A stretch of DNA of 63,807 bases, counting the filler, from Basidiobolus meristosporus CBS 931.73 (Eukaryota; Fungi; Basidiobolomycota), in the NCBI GenBank assembly GCA_002104905.1. It is 3 parts of 3 records of this genome, joined end to end, with 100 filler letters (N's around TTAATTAATTAA, not from the genome) between each part and the next. Parts side by side here need not be neighbours in the genome. Positions count along the whole stretch, not along the records: positions 1 to 29,352 come from MCFE01000868.1; 2 more parts are not named here. One strand, written 5' to 3'. Of this stretch, positions 1 through 11,943 are shown piece by piece; the first letter of the stretch is position 1, and the number at the start of each line of letters is the position of its first letter. The position numbers were made by a program, and so were the translations under genes. A model generated the notes under the pieces. It was given only the letters and a program-made list of their open reading frames with translations, did no database searches and was not told the DNA's origin.

Positions 1-23
1 TTGCGACAAAAACAAACAGCTAG

Positions 24-350
24 CCTTTCAGAGTGGTGGCTTGGATAAAGGTGACGAGAGGTGCTTATGTCCCCGAAACATATCAAGTAGCTGCTAAGCC
101 ACTGAGTGACGCCATACTCCAATCACTCCATTCAGTACTAATCAATCTTCTGGATGGCCTTTGTTGGGATACTCAGTCGATCCAAGACATCATTGAAGGT
201 AGCTACCTAGAGTTGAACACTTTAATGCGCCAGTTTGGAGGCCAGGATGGTAAAATACGAGGATCGATCAATAGAGCTCGGAATTTCCACATCAATAGTA
301 TTGAATCTCTGGGTCAAGGCTGTACAGCTAGGCATCATTTGGGGATCTAG
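24..350 (+). CDS. Possible terminal exon of an unidentified gene running in from outside the window
   Basis: Open frame after a ctag acceptor-like site at 20-23, ending in TAG at 348-350. No recognisable family. Confidence 0.25.
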   Translation, partial: PFRVVAWIKVTRGAYVPETYQVAAKPLSDAILQSLHSVLINLLDGLCWDTQSIQDIIEGSYLELNTLMRQFGGQDGKIRGSINRARNFHINSIESLGQGCTARHHLGI

Positions 351-725
351 GAACACCAATAAAGCACATGAGACGATGTTTTGTGAAGTGCAGTCATAAT
401 ACTGGACATGCCTATACACTACATCAAGGCCTCGCTACCGTTCGTATGGGATGTTTATTATTCGTGACGAAATGTGTAAGTCTACATTTGGATGAGAATC
501 TCGTTTTATGATAAACTGAAATATGTGATGCATGAATAAAACTGAAATTAGAACTTTACGATACGATTATCTGGAACCTCAAAATCGCTCCCGGCTCGGC
601 GTATTAGATGGAGGAGCAAGCGGACTATGCACAACGGGATTAAAGCATACTTTGCTGGGTGGATATAGGTTGATCTTTCTAGTGGTAAAGGGGAAAAGCT
701 CGTTCGATGCCAGATGTAACGATGA

Positions 726-2126
726 CTATATGATCTTTGCCCTCACGCAATACAGTACGCTGAGAGTAAAGAGAACAACCATGAAAATCACAATTCCAAA
801 AAACCAATACAGATTTGGATCATCTTGGCCAGGGACTCTAACGTTCATTCCCCAGAGACCTGTGATGATGTTCATGGGAACTAGAACTGAAGCGATCACG
901 GTCAACTTGGCAACCACATCATTCATTTCATTGCTCGTTTGCGTAATTTCGATCGAAATCTGGGCCAAATAATTGGAATGTGCTCGGGAAAGGATCTTTT
1001 CAAAATGGGCAGCACTTTGAACCATCGTCAAAATATGATCTATAATATACTGTTTAGCCTAAGTTCAGAATGGTTAATTCCCCAGCATGAACGTACCTTG
1101 AATATCTCCGAGATACAAGCCTATCTCGTGTCTTTCGTCCGGTTTCAAAGCGTCAATTCTCTTGACCACACCTTTGACTACATCAGCTTTGGGCTTCATA
1201 ATCCTCAACAGCCCCGATAAGGCTTTTCTAGCATTTCCGATTCTACGTAGCATATCGGCCTGCTCGGATTCTTTGAGTATGAAGACCAACTCGTCGATTG
1301 AGTCTGCCTCGAGCTCGAGGTTCTCTTCCAAAGGAATGAAATCATCTACAATGGAATCCATCAACGCGTAGTTTATCCAGTCGGGAGTCATAATAAGATA
1401 TTCTTTGAGCTGCTCATATCTGGACAGAACCTTCTCAGGGTGGTGGATCGGAAGATAATGGAACGAGAGTATACAGTTCTTCATGACGATGTTGTAGATA
1501 CTTAGAGAATTATCTACATAGGTGGAGTAATTGCCGGAGTCCTCGTCTGGATTGAAAGTTTGTATACTGACAAAGTAGTAGTTCCTGAATGATTCGCACT
1601 TCTCACGACTTTCGGCTCCTTGTATATCTTCTATAGTAAGGGGATGGATATGGAAGATTTTTCCAATCCACTTCAAATCATTATGACTAGGATTAAGAAA
1701 ATCTATCCAGTACATATTCAAATTCAACAGGTCTGCCAACGGCCTCTTTGCCGAGTCCAGCCCAGCTAGCGAAGTGACTTTGATACTCCCTGTATCAGGA
1801 GAAAAGAAGGTGATCTGGCTGTTAGGGGTATATTGCTCTTGCATAACAATGCTTTTTCTCCTTGTGCTGGTTTTGCGGCGATGTAGCTGATGTTGACCGA
1901 TCGACAAGTACTCTTCAAGTGCTTTGGAATCGAAACGATCATCTTCTTGTTGGACCATGTTTGGGAAGCAAACATCCTCTTCTGGGATGAATTCGTAAAT
2001 GGTAGGGACGCAAGATTCAGGAGTTCCACCTTCGTAAGAATGTCCCGGCTCTTCGGTCATGTATAACACAAGGTCAGGCTGGCTACCCAGAGTGGACGAA
2101 CTTTTGGACTTTTCGGGGTCATGCAT
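726..2126 (-). CDS. CorA-family Mg2+ transporter (fungal ALR1/MNR2-like), 2 exons
   Basis: Exons 2126-1097 and 1039-726; intron 1096-1040 (GTACGT...TAG) joins GDIQ-D-HILTMV in frame. Has the CorA signature GLWGMNV, two C-terminal TM helices and the motifs HPLTIEDI and REKCESF. An upstream exon is not excluded. Confidence 0.92.
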
Positions 2127-3332
2127 GCTTTCTAAAATATTATACAACAGATAGACAAGAACCAAAGATTAAGGCTAGGGAGGATTCGCCAAGTATTATA
2201 ATTTCAAGAACCAAAGGTGACTAGGCGGATTCTCCCAAACCCTTCAAGTACTCGCAAAATTGACTGAGATCAGGTGTAACAAAATGTCGTATAATTTCAT
2301 AATTCAGCGTTCTTGGCCAATGATATGCTGGCTATTCAAACATTTTTACCTATCCACTGCCACATATAGAAATTTCGTCTTATGAGAAGCTTTTAATAAT
2401 TTGAAGTGCTGGGGTTGGTTCCAATTTCGTCCGCAAAGGATAAATGGATGCTCACTATATCACGTAGTCAATGAATAGCCCAGATCCTCAAAACTGAACA
2501 TCGCGCCTAGAAGGTACTTATATAAGGGATATATCTGGTTGAAAACAACACAAATCAAGATGAACAATATATTTACATTTTATGGTGAACATCCCCTTCA
2601 TATGCGTGACTTCCAAGTGTCACATCGAACTGAAGGCATTTTCGATGGGGTTTACTTAGCCACGATTGTATATCTAGTGGCCAACGTCCCTAGCCTGAAA
2701 TAGAAGAATTCCAACCATTGGTAACTCGATTTTTGGCATATTCGATGGGCAACAATTCTTCCAAGCATCTTATCCTTAATAAGAAACTTGGGCTAACAAG
2801 GAGACAAAGGAAATATCGAAGTTCCTGATTTCCAACATCCCATATGATTCACTTTGGTTTATTGGACAAATAACCTAAGCACTCAAATTGCCCCAACCTT
2901 ATATTATGTGACGGCTTCGTGATTAACTTTAACCTCGTTAGAATTTTGGGAAATTGGATGGACTTATTGATACTCCTTGACATAAATGGAGTGAAGGCCT
3001 AAAACAGTAGGCTGGAGAAAATCTATATTGGAACACCACTATTATACATAGATTAATCTACCGATGGGGGCATAGTGATATTGATTTGGTTAAGCTGCTT
3101 AAAAAGTGTTGAAGTTAACGCACAAGGGTTAGATCGTAACCAAAAGCCAACAAAATATCACATAGCAATAAACCATACCACTTCAAACAAATATTAAGCA
3201 CTTTACCTTTGGATACTTAAAACGTATGCTGTCAGATTAGGTGATGTTGTATGTGGGTCAAATTACTTGATGAGATGAAAATGATTTATTTGAATTGAAT
3301 GCCGAGGATACCATTTCTGATGCAGTGTGGTT

Positions 3333-3791
3333 TTAGTTGCTCTTTGACTGAGCATATTGCTTTCGAATGTGCTCATTGATGAAGTATCTGGAGAGCGTTT
3401 CTTCGGAAAGATATTTTGCACCCTTGATCTCGCCAATGCATTGGCTCGAGTTGCAAATGCAGCTGAATTGCTCGACCATGTCCCATTCACTGGATGGATA
3501 GAAGAAAGTGAGCTCGTCACCTTCCTGGATGTCCTTGACCGCAACAGTAAGCATACGGGCGGTATCGAAATTGAGACTTGGATCACAGCTGTGGTTACAG
3601 TAAACCAAGTCATTAGTTAATTCGATGTGTTGGTCCTGGCCTACTTGAACTGTATGGTAGAAAACACCAGCGATGGGCTTTCCCTCCAAGGGATGCACAA
3701 CACTTCCCTTCTTGAAATCACGGGTAGCTACAAGCTTGAGGGAGCGAGCAATATCCTTACCGCTGGGAACAATCTTATATGGTACTAGCAT
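3333..3791 (-). CDS. Small stand-alone SET-domain methyltransferase with post-SET Cys motif (152 aa, intronless)
   Basis: SET motifs NHSCDP and GDELTFFY, followed by post-SET CICNSSQC (CxC-x4-C). ATG at 3791. Confidence 0.88.
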   Translation of the reverse strand: MLVPYKIVPSGKDIARSLKLVATRDFKKGSVVHPLEGKPIAGVFYHTVQVGQDQHIELTNDLVYCNHSCDPSLNFDTARMLTVAVKDIQEGDELTFFYPSSEWDMVEQFSCICNSSQCIGEIKGAKYLSEETLSRYFINEHIRKQYAQSKSN

Positions 3792-5169
3792 AGTCAAGCG
3801 GAGTGTTAGTCGATGTATGGAGAAGCAGACTTCTGTTTGATATGCTTACGTTGGGTATCGGCCATCATGAGAGTGTAATAGAGCGTCTGTGTCAAGCTTT
3901 CACGCTGACTTCCTACGAAAGGTCGCCTTTATTCATATTTTCTTTTGAATATCACTCACGTGAGAGTCGGTGTCAAGGAAGATTCAACCAAGTTTGCACT
4001 CGATCTCTGGTCTGTTGATTGATTCAAAAAAGACGTCACATCTCTATTCCAAAGGTGTTAGCGAAATTGCCGAAAACTCACTTGAATGTGAGAAATTCGG
4101 GTTGAATTCCTTCAACAAGAATCTCCATATTTGGGTAGTGGATGGTACCTGGCAATGGTGATTGCGTAATTTGAGAAATAAATGTCGTTCGTGTATTGCG
4201 CAGCGGTGTACCCTGACAACCAGTTATAGTGGACCCTGTGGTTTATGATTTGATAATTAGATGCATTTCAGAGCGAAATGGCGGATAAATCAATGGTCAT
4301 TCAGGAAATCACACTGATTGAGAGCCGAAGAGGAAGAAAGCTGGACAGAGTGCCAAGAATCCTGATTTATTCCAGTCGAACGTAGATTATCATATGCTTG
4401 CTTTTGGTATCCGTTCCCGGATTATCAGCCATTATGCATTGGCTCCTAATCTCCTCCTTCGTGTCCGAATTCTACTGCTTGTGCTTCATCATATTACGTT
4501 TTTGTAATAGGTTGACAAGTAGCCCTTCGAGGTGAAACTAGGATCTGTAATGATGCTTGCACCAAGCATAGGCATGTCTATTAAGGAAGCCCCATTCCTT
4601 GTTTAGGCTCGGCTTCAGGAAGAGGTACTGTGGGGTATGAATTCTAGTGTGCAGGAATAACATGTTCGAGGAACAAGGATCCTCTCTCAAATGCCGGGAT
4701 TGAAGCAACGTGAATCAACAGGGTTTCGTATGGCCCATTGTATACAATCTAATATCTAGTTTCAGGTAGCTACCATTGCTTTTTTTGGAATGTTGAAAAC
4801 GTGGAAAGCCAGGGTGAAGTATACAAAACCAAGGAAAGTTTCTCAAACATAAGATGGCCTCGTGGCGAAAAGTGTGGAGCATCCATGTATGGAGGGCTTA
4901 AATGAAGCAAAAATGCAGCGGCCATAATTTTCAGTGGCCATATGCATCTTCAGACAGCTCACAGCATTCTACCCATCCAAGCGATGGTTTCAGATAGAGT
5001 CAGTCTTTAGGAGCATGCAACAGAGTGCTTTATTCAATGCATTGCGACATCAGGTCAGAGGCTTTAAATATATACCCCTCGCATCCATGTTGTCTGCCTG
5101 ACTTCTTTGTAAAGAAGCCTATCGTCTCATTTAGTTGTCGGCAAACCATAGCAGAATTTCTACGGAAAA

Positions 5170-6140
5170 ATGCCTTCCTTAACAACCGGTAACCTTCCCA
5201 GGGTCCCGCCTAATCCTTTTGAAGATCCTGCGAATGAGGTTACAATGGCGATGGAATCCGATGTTACCTTAGACATTGATGAACATAGTGAATCAGCGGC
5301 CATCCTCTCTATCCCAAGTGCCGAACCCCATACTGCCTTCAATACCAACAATGCCTACTCTAACTCCTATCCAGCCCATGACGAGCTTGCTCTCCGGGAG
5401 GAGAGACTTCTTCGGAAGGAGATGGAGCTAGAGGAGCGTGAAAGGGAGTTGGCTCTGCAAACCAAACGCTTGAAGAATCAAGGACCTAAGCCCTACAATT
5501 TCCCTCCGTTGTGGCCAGTGATGTATCACAATATTGACGAGGAGATCACGGATTCAAATAGAGTGCTGGTGCGAAACATATTTCGCTCGTGGCTTTTCAC
5601 ACTGGGTACGTTGCTGTTGAACTCAACCAGTTGCTTCCTGATTTTGATCGCACATGCTGTCGGTGTTAACACTGGGGCCACCGACTTCGGAGTCGGACTT
5701 GTCTACACTATATTCGTGGGAATGGCATCGTTCTTCCTCTGGTATAGGCCCGTTTACAATGCATTCATGAAGGAGAAAGCCCTTTACTACTGTATGTACA
5801 TCCGGCTAGATTATGATTCTATCTGACATCATCACTAATCGACCGAGCACTAGATCTCTTCTTCGTTTTCAACGGGTTTCATATAGGGTTTCAGTTCTAC
5901 ATGTTGGCGGGTATCCCAGGATCAGGTTCCGGCGGATTGATCAACATGATATCTATGATATCAGATGGTAAAATCCTTGCTGGGGTGTTTTGTATCATCA
6001 CCTCGGCCCTATGGGCATGTGGGGGTACCTTATCGTTGTTTTTGTACAACAAAGTCTACTCGCACTACAAGCTTCAAGGGCACACGTTCAATGAGGCCAA
6101 GAGCCATGCTGTGCGTAAAATTGTTTCCACTAGCGGCTAG
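5170..6140 (+). CDS. Secretory carrier membrane protein (SCAMP), 2 exons
   Basis: N-terminal NPF, coiled-coil, NFPP motif, E-peptide-like LWYRPVYNAF and four TM helices. Intron 5792-5853 (GTATGT...ACTAAT...TAG) joins LYY-Y-LFFVFNG in frame. Confidence 0.9.
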
Positions 6141-6467
6141 TTTTTTCCCTAGCGTCTCGCAGCTTAACCTCTAAACTTCTTGTAGATTAATTTTCTGGGC
6201 CAGATATGTACACGCGTTTCTCTGGCATATTTAATGATATGTAGAATAAAACCGATGATTTGGATTGATATTGCACGTCAAGTTGAGGATGGATCTTATT
6301 CGGATAGCAGGTACCTCTAACTAGTCAAGGAAGCCAGCGTGTTTGGACAATCGAGATTCCGTTTTGATGCATTTTTGATTGGGTCGGAACTAGAAACATG
6401 GGTATAATTTTGATTGGCGCTCACGCCTTGAGTGGCTGCATCCTGCTATAGAAACATAGAAATGTGC

Positions 6468-6735
6468 ATGCTGCGTTTGTTACACGAACTGCGCATAACT
6501 CAACAAGTGGAAAGGGACCGTAAACAAAAAACCACCAAGGCTGCACGTAGATCCGTCGCTGCTGTTGGAGACGTTAGGTGGCCTTACCACCGCCAAACCC
6601 ATCTCCTTCGGATGCCAAAGTCGGTCGTTGGCTACCGAAGCCCTTCAAAAAGCATCCGAGTTTGACACCCATCAATGCACAGGTATCATCCAACACAGAG
6701 ACCTACAATTGGCCCGTAGACCTTGCGGGGCGCTC
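6468..6735 (+). pseudogene. Decayed histone H3 copy (frameshifts and internal deletions)
   Basis: Three frames give consecutive H3-like segments in H3 order: TAHNSTSGKGP (cf. TARKSTGGKAP), RKQKTTKAARRSVAAVGDVRWPYH (cf. [23 protein letters not shown]), ALQKASE and FDTHQC (cf. ALQEASE, FEDTNLC), IIQHRDLQLARRPCG (cf. TIMPKDIQLARRIRG). Confidence 0.8.
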
Positions 6736-7119
6736 TTTATTATGGTGAATAGATACTAGAACTCACGAGTGGAGTAGAAACGAAAAATAGCTCCCCCCGA
6801 GAAAAAATGGCTGTGTTTACATGCTCGAATGCTGTTGAGATGAATATGCATTGCACAGTCGTGAGAATTGGTATAAGGATGAACCAAAATGTACAGGTCT
6901 AATTGAACAAAAGTACAACCATCAATCTTTGATATCTAATGGGTAGATTCTTATTGAATTGATGGGGCCATTCAGGAAATAAAGGTACATCGTAATTACT
7001 ATCTCCTACCATTCAGAGACCCGTTGGACCTGCTAGGTGCAAAAGTATTGACGTTAATATCAAATGGGATCTGAGGCTTTGGCTGCATATGCTTGTAATA
7101 TTCAATGAGGTTGGTATAC

Positions 7120-7851
7120 CTACTTTGCCGGGGTGTCTCTGCAAAGCCACAAATCTTGCTCAGCAAATATCGTAACCAATTCCTTCCGTGAGGGTGGTGT
7201 GTAGTCGGGCCGCAATGTGTGCAACAGATCCATAAATGAGGGGTTTTCTATCACCGAGAAAGGGATTCCCGTGACGTAGAATGTACGTGCAAGTGTGGCA
7301 TCGATGAACTCCTTCTCGTCCTGCTCCTGGGTAAGACTTACCTCATTCATCGAATTTTCGCGTACTTGGTTATGGATTTGACTATGCATATTGACTGGTA
7401 TATTATTGTTGTTGTTGGAGGCCGGCGTCTGCATACTTTGGATATTGACTTGTTTTGACTCGGAAGCCATGGCGTGTAAGGTAGACATAGGTGCAGTGGA
7501 TGGTGTAGCCATGGGGGTGGGTGCAGGGGTCATAGTGGTGTTGACTGGAGGCATTGGTGGAATCTGTTGTAAGATAGGTGTATGTGTGTGGGAGCCAGAA
7601 TTGGCCAGTTGCAGAACTGACTCGAGGCACGGCTTCTTGTTTGGCGTTGAATAATCCTCCTGAGCAAGTAGAGATTCCCGAACCTCTATAGGACAACCAG
7701 AGCAACGACTAAGCAAATGTTTAGTCATACGTGCTGGCTGGCCATTAAACTCGTGTGGGCAGTATCTACATTTCGCTCGGTGTTGCGAGCCCTTAGTTTT
7801 GGGCTCAAGCCGATCGAAGTATTGCCAAACTGATTTACACTTATTTGTCAT
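7120..7851 (-). CDS. BED zinc-finger protein with a hAT-transposase-type N-terminal DNA-binding/dimerisation segment and no catalytic domain
   Basis: BED finger VWQYF...AKCRYC...MTKHLLSRC, a Q/P/T/N-rich linker, then the hAT-like LARTFYVTGIPFSVIENPSFMDLLHTLRPDYTPPSRKEL. Stop follows about 20 aa later. ATG at 7851. Confidence 0.8.
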   Translation of the reverse strand: MTNKCKSVWQYFDRLEPKTKGSQHRAKCRYCPHEFNGQPARMTKHLLSRCSGCPIEVRESLLAQEDYSTPNKKPCLESVLQLANSGSHTHTPILQQIPPMPPVNTTMTPAPTPMATPSTAPMSTLHAMASESKQVNIQSMQTPASNNNNNIPVNMHSQIHNQVRENSMNEVSLTQEQDEKEFIDATLARTFYVTGIPFSVIENPSFMDLLHTLRPDYTPPSRKELVTIFAEQDLWLCRDTPAK

Positions 7852-10401
7852 GGTTGAGAGAGAGGAGGTACGCGCCAAAAAGTGTGCCGCTACAGCTTCC
7901 AGTAGCGAGATAATATACCGGTAGAGCACCCAGGGAACAAAGGTAAAGTAGCACAGGGTAGAGTTCCAAAGGGATAAAAGGGAGGTATGGGTGATTAGTA
8001 ACAGGTTTGACTGGAAATGGGGTATTTTGAATGAGATTTTTCAAACCATTTTATGTACTCGGAGTTGGCCTAATTTGGGTAATTTCAAAAAGCAAACCCC
8101 AGGCCAACTATAGTAAATTGGAAAATGCTTATGCAATAGCTTGTCAGAGGTGGTAGTGCTTCTCGAATAGGAACACACGTCTAGCTGGTAGAAATATACG
8201 GAGCAAACAATCACCAAGATTAATTTTAGGGGACATTGAAATCATTCATCCAATACCGCAGGCGAACCTCCAATGAATATGTAGTGGGAATTTCTCATCA
8301 CACGTTTACCATATCCATACCCTTTGTGACCTAGGGATACCCAATTAGAGTGTCCCAAAGGAATACAAGCCTTTACTTACCCAAATGAAAAGACGCCGAG
8401 AGACCAAGCTTGTCACACATGGTCGCAATGCTTTTTGAACCCCTCAGGGTACTCGACCAGCTAAGAGGCTATGATAGAGAATTACCTCTACAAGACGTAT
8501 CTACGATAGGCTAGAGTAGACATTTCCGGGAATGCACTAATGGTTGGTGATTTCTTTACAATCATCCAACCAGAGCAGATGATTCCAGATTCCAAGCTGT
8601 AATTGGAACAGACTCCTTATGTTTCCGAGTTTACCCACAGATAGCCCATGCCTTTGGTTCTCTAGCTAGTGATTTGCAATGGAATACGTGTTTTCCATCT
8701 TGGTGGACCGTCTTCTTTACCGTTCAAAGGTAAAATGTGCGATACTATTCGGTTAATCTACTATAAACCTATTCGGCGTTTGGCACGCATTCACTATGAC
8801 AAGCGGTTTACAGCTGCATCACGGAAACACCGTCCGAATGTGAGCATAATGGACTTCGCACCAAACATCAACAACCTCAATGCCCTGGCGCGATATGAAT
8901 ATTTGTATATTCCAGACTGTCGAAAATAGAACAAGCCCCAGGACTTTCCGTATTTACTTTGTATCCAATGGGCTATTGGGTATTATTGAAAGCTATCTAA
9001 TTAGGCTTTGGGTGAAAGATTAACATTGACAAGCCATACAGTTTATCTAGTATCAATACTTCATCTCCATGGTAAGATATTTGTTTTCATTATTTTCAAT
9101 AGATACCTACGCAGAATTTGGTGGTTTCAATGTAACTGATAGTATGAGAGGGTTATGAGTTGAGCCATCAAATTAAATGATTACTGGTGGTAATATTTTT
9201 CCAATGAGCTTGGAGGATGTTTTGGATGTCTGGATAATGGAACCAATGTTTGGTGCTCTTCAACTTCTGGCCAGAATGGCACATATCGCATCTATGCTAT
9301 ATTGCTAATAAATTTCGGTCTGGGAGTCTCGAGTACTGAACTCTTCTATGTAATGTACATTCCTCTGTAAATATAGTTTGAAAGTAATGGCTGTACGAGT
9401 GATGTTACTGCTAAGCAGTGTTGATTACAATTGCTTGGACTAGTGATTTACGTAATAATCAGCTCGATAATCTACGTCATTCTCAAGGATATCGATATCT
9501 CGTAAAGTTCGTTTTTAACACGAGTACGGTAAGATCCGAAAGATGCATGGGTAATTGACACCGGTAGCACAATCGAAACCTTATCAGTATTAGCGTTAAA
9601 ACCGTGTACACCTAATTTTGGTTGGGAGCTGAGAATGATGATCAATAGAATCTTCCAAAGACCAGATTTGTATGTTCATTTATTATTGACATTCATAGGG
9701 TAGAATGCCTGAGATATAGCACAGTCATTTTATTTACTGTATTCATTTTGTAACAGTGTATATATCTAGAACCATAGTGGGAGCAGTAGTTCTCACATCC
9801 GTGGAGTGCTACATTTCATTATTGAGCGGTTTCATATCTTATATTGTATAGAGTACCAGCCATATATTCTGATTTTGTACGTTTCGAGGCACATCAGAAG
9901 CTTAAATATCTGGTTTATTCGGATGACCTTATAATCTTAGAATATGGCCTTGTAATTCGTTGGTTATTGGCTCTGTACAAAGAACAGGTAGCTTATTTAC
10001 CTATACTAAATTTCAAACGGTTACACACCAACCTTAAACTCGTATGACGAGTAATGACAATCAAGTATTGGGAGAATAGCCATAAGTGTGCTTCGAAGTT
10101 GCCATGGACTTCACTAAATTGTACTTATCTAACTCCTAAAGTCGTAGCTCGTGCCACACATACACAGATACATGTGATAACTCTAGGCGTTTCTTTGATT
10201 GGTAGTGAATCATCATTTTGAAAATATATCCCATCTTTATTGATTTAGGAAGCTAGCTCTGGTTGACATCTACTATAATCGGCATCCCTTCAAGTGACCT
10301 GGGAATTAGCAGTAATATTGAAGGCCGAATTTTCATATAAATACTGCCGCATACCCTTCCAAAGCAAAATAAGCGTTGCTCATACAATCTACACAACTCA
10401 A

Positions 10402-11943
10402 ATGTCTAGCGATCAAAAGGCCGAAGTAGCACAATATGTGGATGGAAAGTCCTGGTGGAGGAAGCTTTTTACTCTGAAAAACGTTGATAACCTTCGTTCC
10501 CGAGCGGAGAGCTCTGAAATGAGCCGCTCCTTGTCCGCCTTTGACCTAACGGCAATCGGAGTTGGTGCTATTATTGGTACTGGAATTTTTGTACTTACAG
10601 GCACTGCAGCTGCACAGAACGCAGGGCCAGCTGTAGTTTTGTCGTTTGCAGTGGCTGGAGTTGCGGCCGGCACAGCAGCCATGGCTTACTCTGAAATGGC
10701 GTGCATGATTCCCGTCTCCGGATCAGCTTACACTTACTCATATGCTACCATGGGCGAGTTGGTTGGGTGGATTATTGGTTGGGATCTGATTCTCGAATAC
10801 TTGGTCGGTGCCGCTACTGTTTCTGTTGGATGGTCCGGATACTTCGTAAAATTCTGTGAAAGCGCCTTCAATTGGCAGCTTGATAAAAGATGGGTGGATT
10901 CTCCTGTCATATTTGACGCAAAGACGAATTCATTCGAAGTAACCGGGAATTATATCAATCTTCCAGCTTCGGTGGTTTCACTAGTTGTCACTGGACTCCT
11001 CTGCTTCGGTATCAGAGAATCTGCCAGGGCTAATGCCGTTATGGTGTGCATCAAGACGCTGGTGATCCTCTTGTTCATTTTTGCTTGTATCAAGTACGTT
11101 GAGCCTAGTAATTATACACCATTCGTCCCAGAGAACGAGGGAAGTTTCAGCAAATATGGCGCTACTGGAGTTCTAGCAGGTGCCACAAGAGTTTTCTTCT
11201 CGTACATCGGGTTTGATGCAGTTTCAACTGCTGCACAAGAAGCAAAAAATCCTCAACGCGACCTTCCTATTGGTATCTGCTCTTCGTTGATTCTCTGCAC
11301 AATACTCTATGTTGCAGTATGCGTAGTTATGACTGGTGTGGTTCCCTTCAGAGAATTGAATTCATCAGCACCCATCAATGTTGTCATTGGATATACTGGC
11401 ATGAGGTGGTTAGGAATCATTGTATCATTGGGGATCCTATTTGGTCTAACCTCGGTGATGCTTGTATTGTTAATCGCTCAGCCGCGTATCTTCTACTCCA
11501 TGGCTCTTGATGGTCTATTCCCGAAGTTTGCAGCTAAACTTCACCCCAAGTACAAAACTCCTTGGTCCACTACCCTAATTTCAGGACTTTTCTGTGCCGT
11601 GGCCGGCGGAGTTTTGCCAGTCGATGTTCTGGGAGAGATGACATCTGTTGGGACATTGTTTGCCTTCGCGTTAGTCAACATTGGTGTAACTATCTTACGA
11701 GTGAAGAGACCTGATCTTCCTCGTAAGTTCAAAGTTCCACTTGGTCCTTATCTGTTTCCTGGCCTTGGTGCCATTATGTCAGTGGGATTAATCGCCACCG
11801 CTTCAGCTCATACTCTGCTCCGACTCTTTGTTTGGATGGGACTCGGTGTTCTAATCTATTTCTGCTATGGCCGTACACATTCAGTAATCAATAATCCTCA
11901 CCGTGCAGCTGAATTCCATGATATCGAGAAAGTTGATATCTAA
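10402..11943 (+). CDS. APC-superfamily amino-acid permease, CAT/SLC7-YfnA type (513 aa, intronless)
   Basis: GAIIGTGIF, AGPAV, GSAYTYSY, GWDLILEY, YIGFDAV and a C-terminal FKVPLGP...RLFVW...YFCYG extension. About 14 hydrophobic segments. Confidence 0.92.
   Translation: MSSDQKAEVAQYVDGKSWWRKLFTLKNVDNLRSRAESSEMSRSLSAFDLTAIGVGAIIGTGIFVLTGTAAAQNAGPAVVLSFAVAGVAAGTAAMAYSEMACMIPVSGSAYTYSYATMGELVGWIIGWDLILEYLVGAATVSVGWSGYFVKFCESAFNWQLDKRWVDSPVIFDAKTNSFEVTGNYINLPASVVSLVVTGLLCFGIRESARANAVMVCIKTLVILLFIFACIKYVEPSNYTPFVPENEGSFSKYGATGVLAGATRVFFSYIGFDAVSTAAQEAKNPQRDLPIGICSSLILCTILYVAVCVVMTGVVPFRELNSSAPINVVIGYTGMRWLGIIVSLGILFGLTSVMLVLLIAQPRIFYSMALDGLFPKFAAKLHPKYKTPWSTTLISGLFCAVAGGVLPVDVLGEMTSVGTLFAFALVNIGVTILRVKRPDLPRKFKVPLGPYLFPGLGAIMSVGLIATASAHTLLRLFVWMGLGVLIYFCYGRTHSVINNPHRAAEFHDIEKVDI

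Noticed and set aside
2158-2240. Degenerate direct repeat aagaaccaaag...ctagg..ggattc upstream of the CorA gene
   Set aside because: Only two diverged units; no array or spacer structure.
3333-7851. SET, H3 relic and BED finger as a chromatin cluster
   Set aside because: Interrupted by SCAMP, mixed orientations, and nothing beyond proximity links them.
10413-11732. Antisense and alternate-frame ORFs over real genes (also 16936-17367, 23224-24427, 41560-41895, 42377-42802, 43461-44249, 52023-52607)
   Set aside because: Shadow ORFs of the opposite-strand coding sequence.
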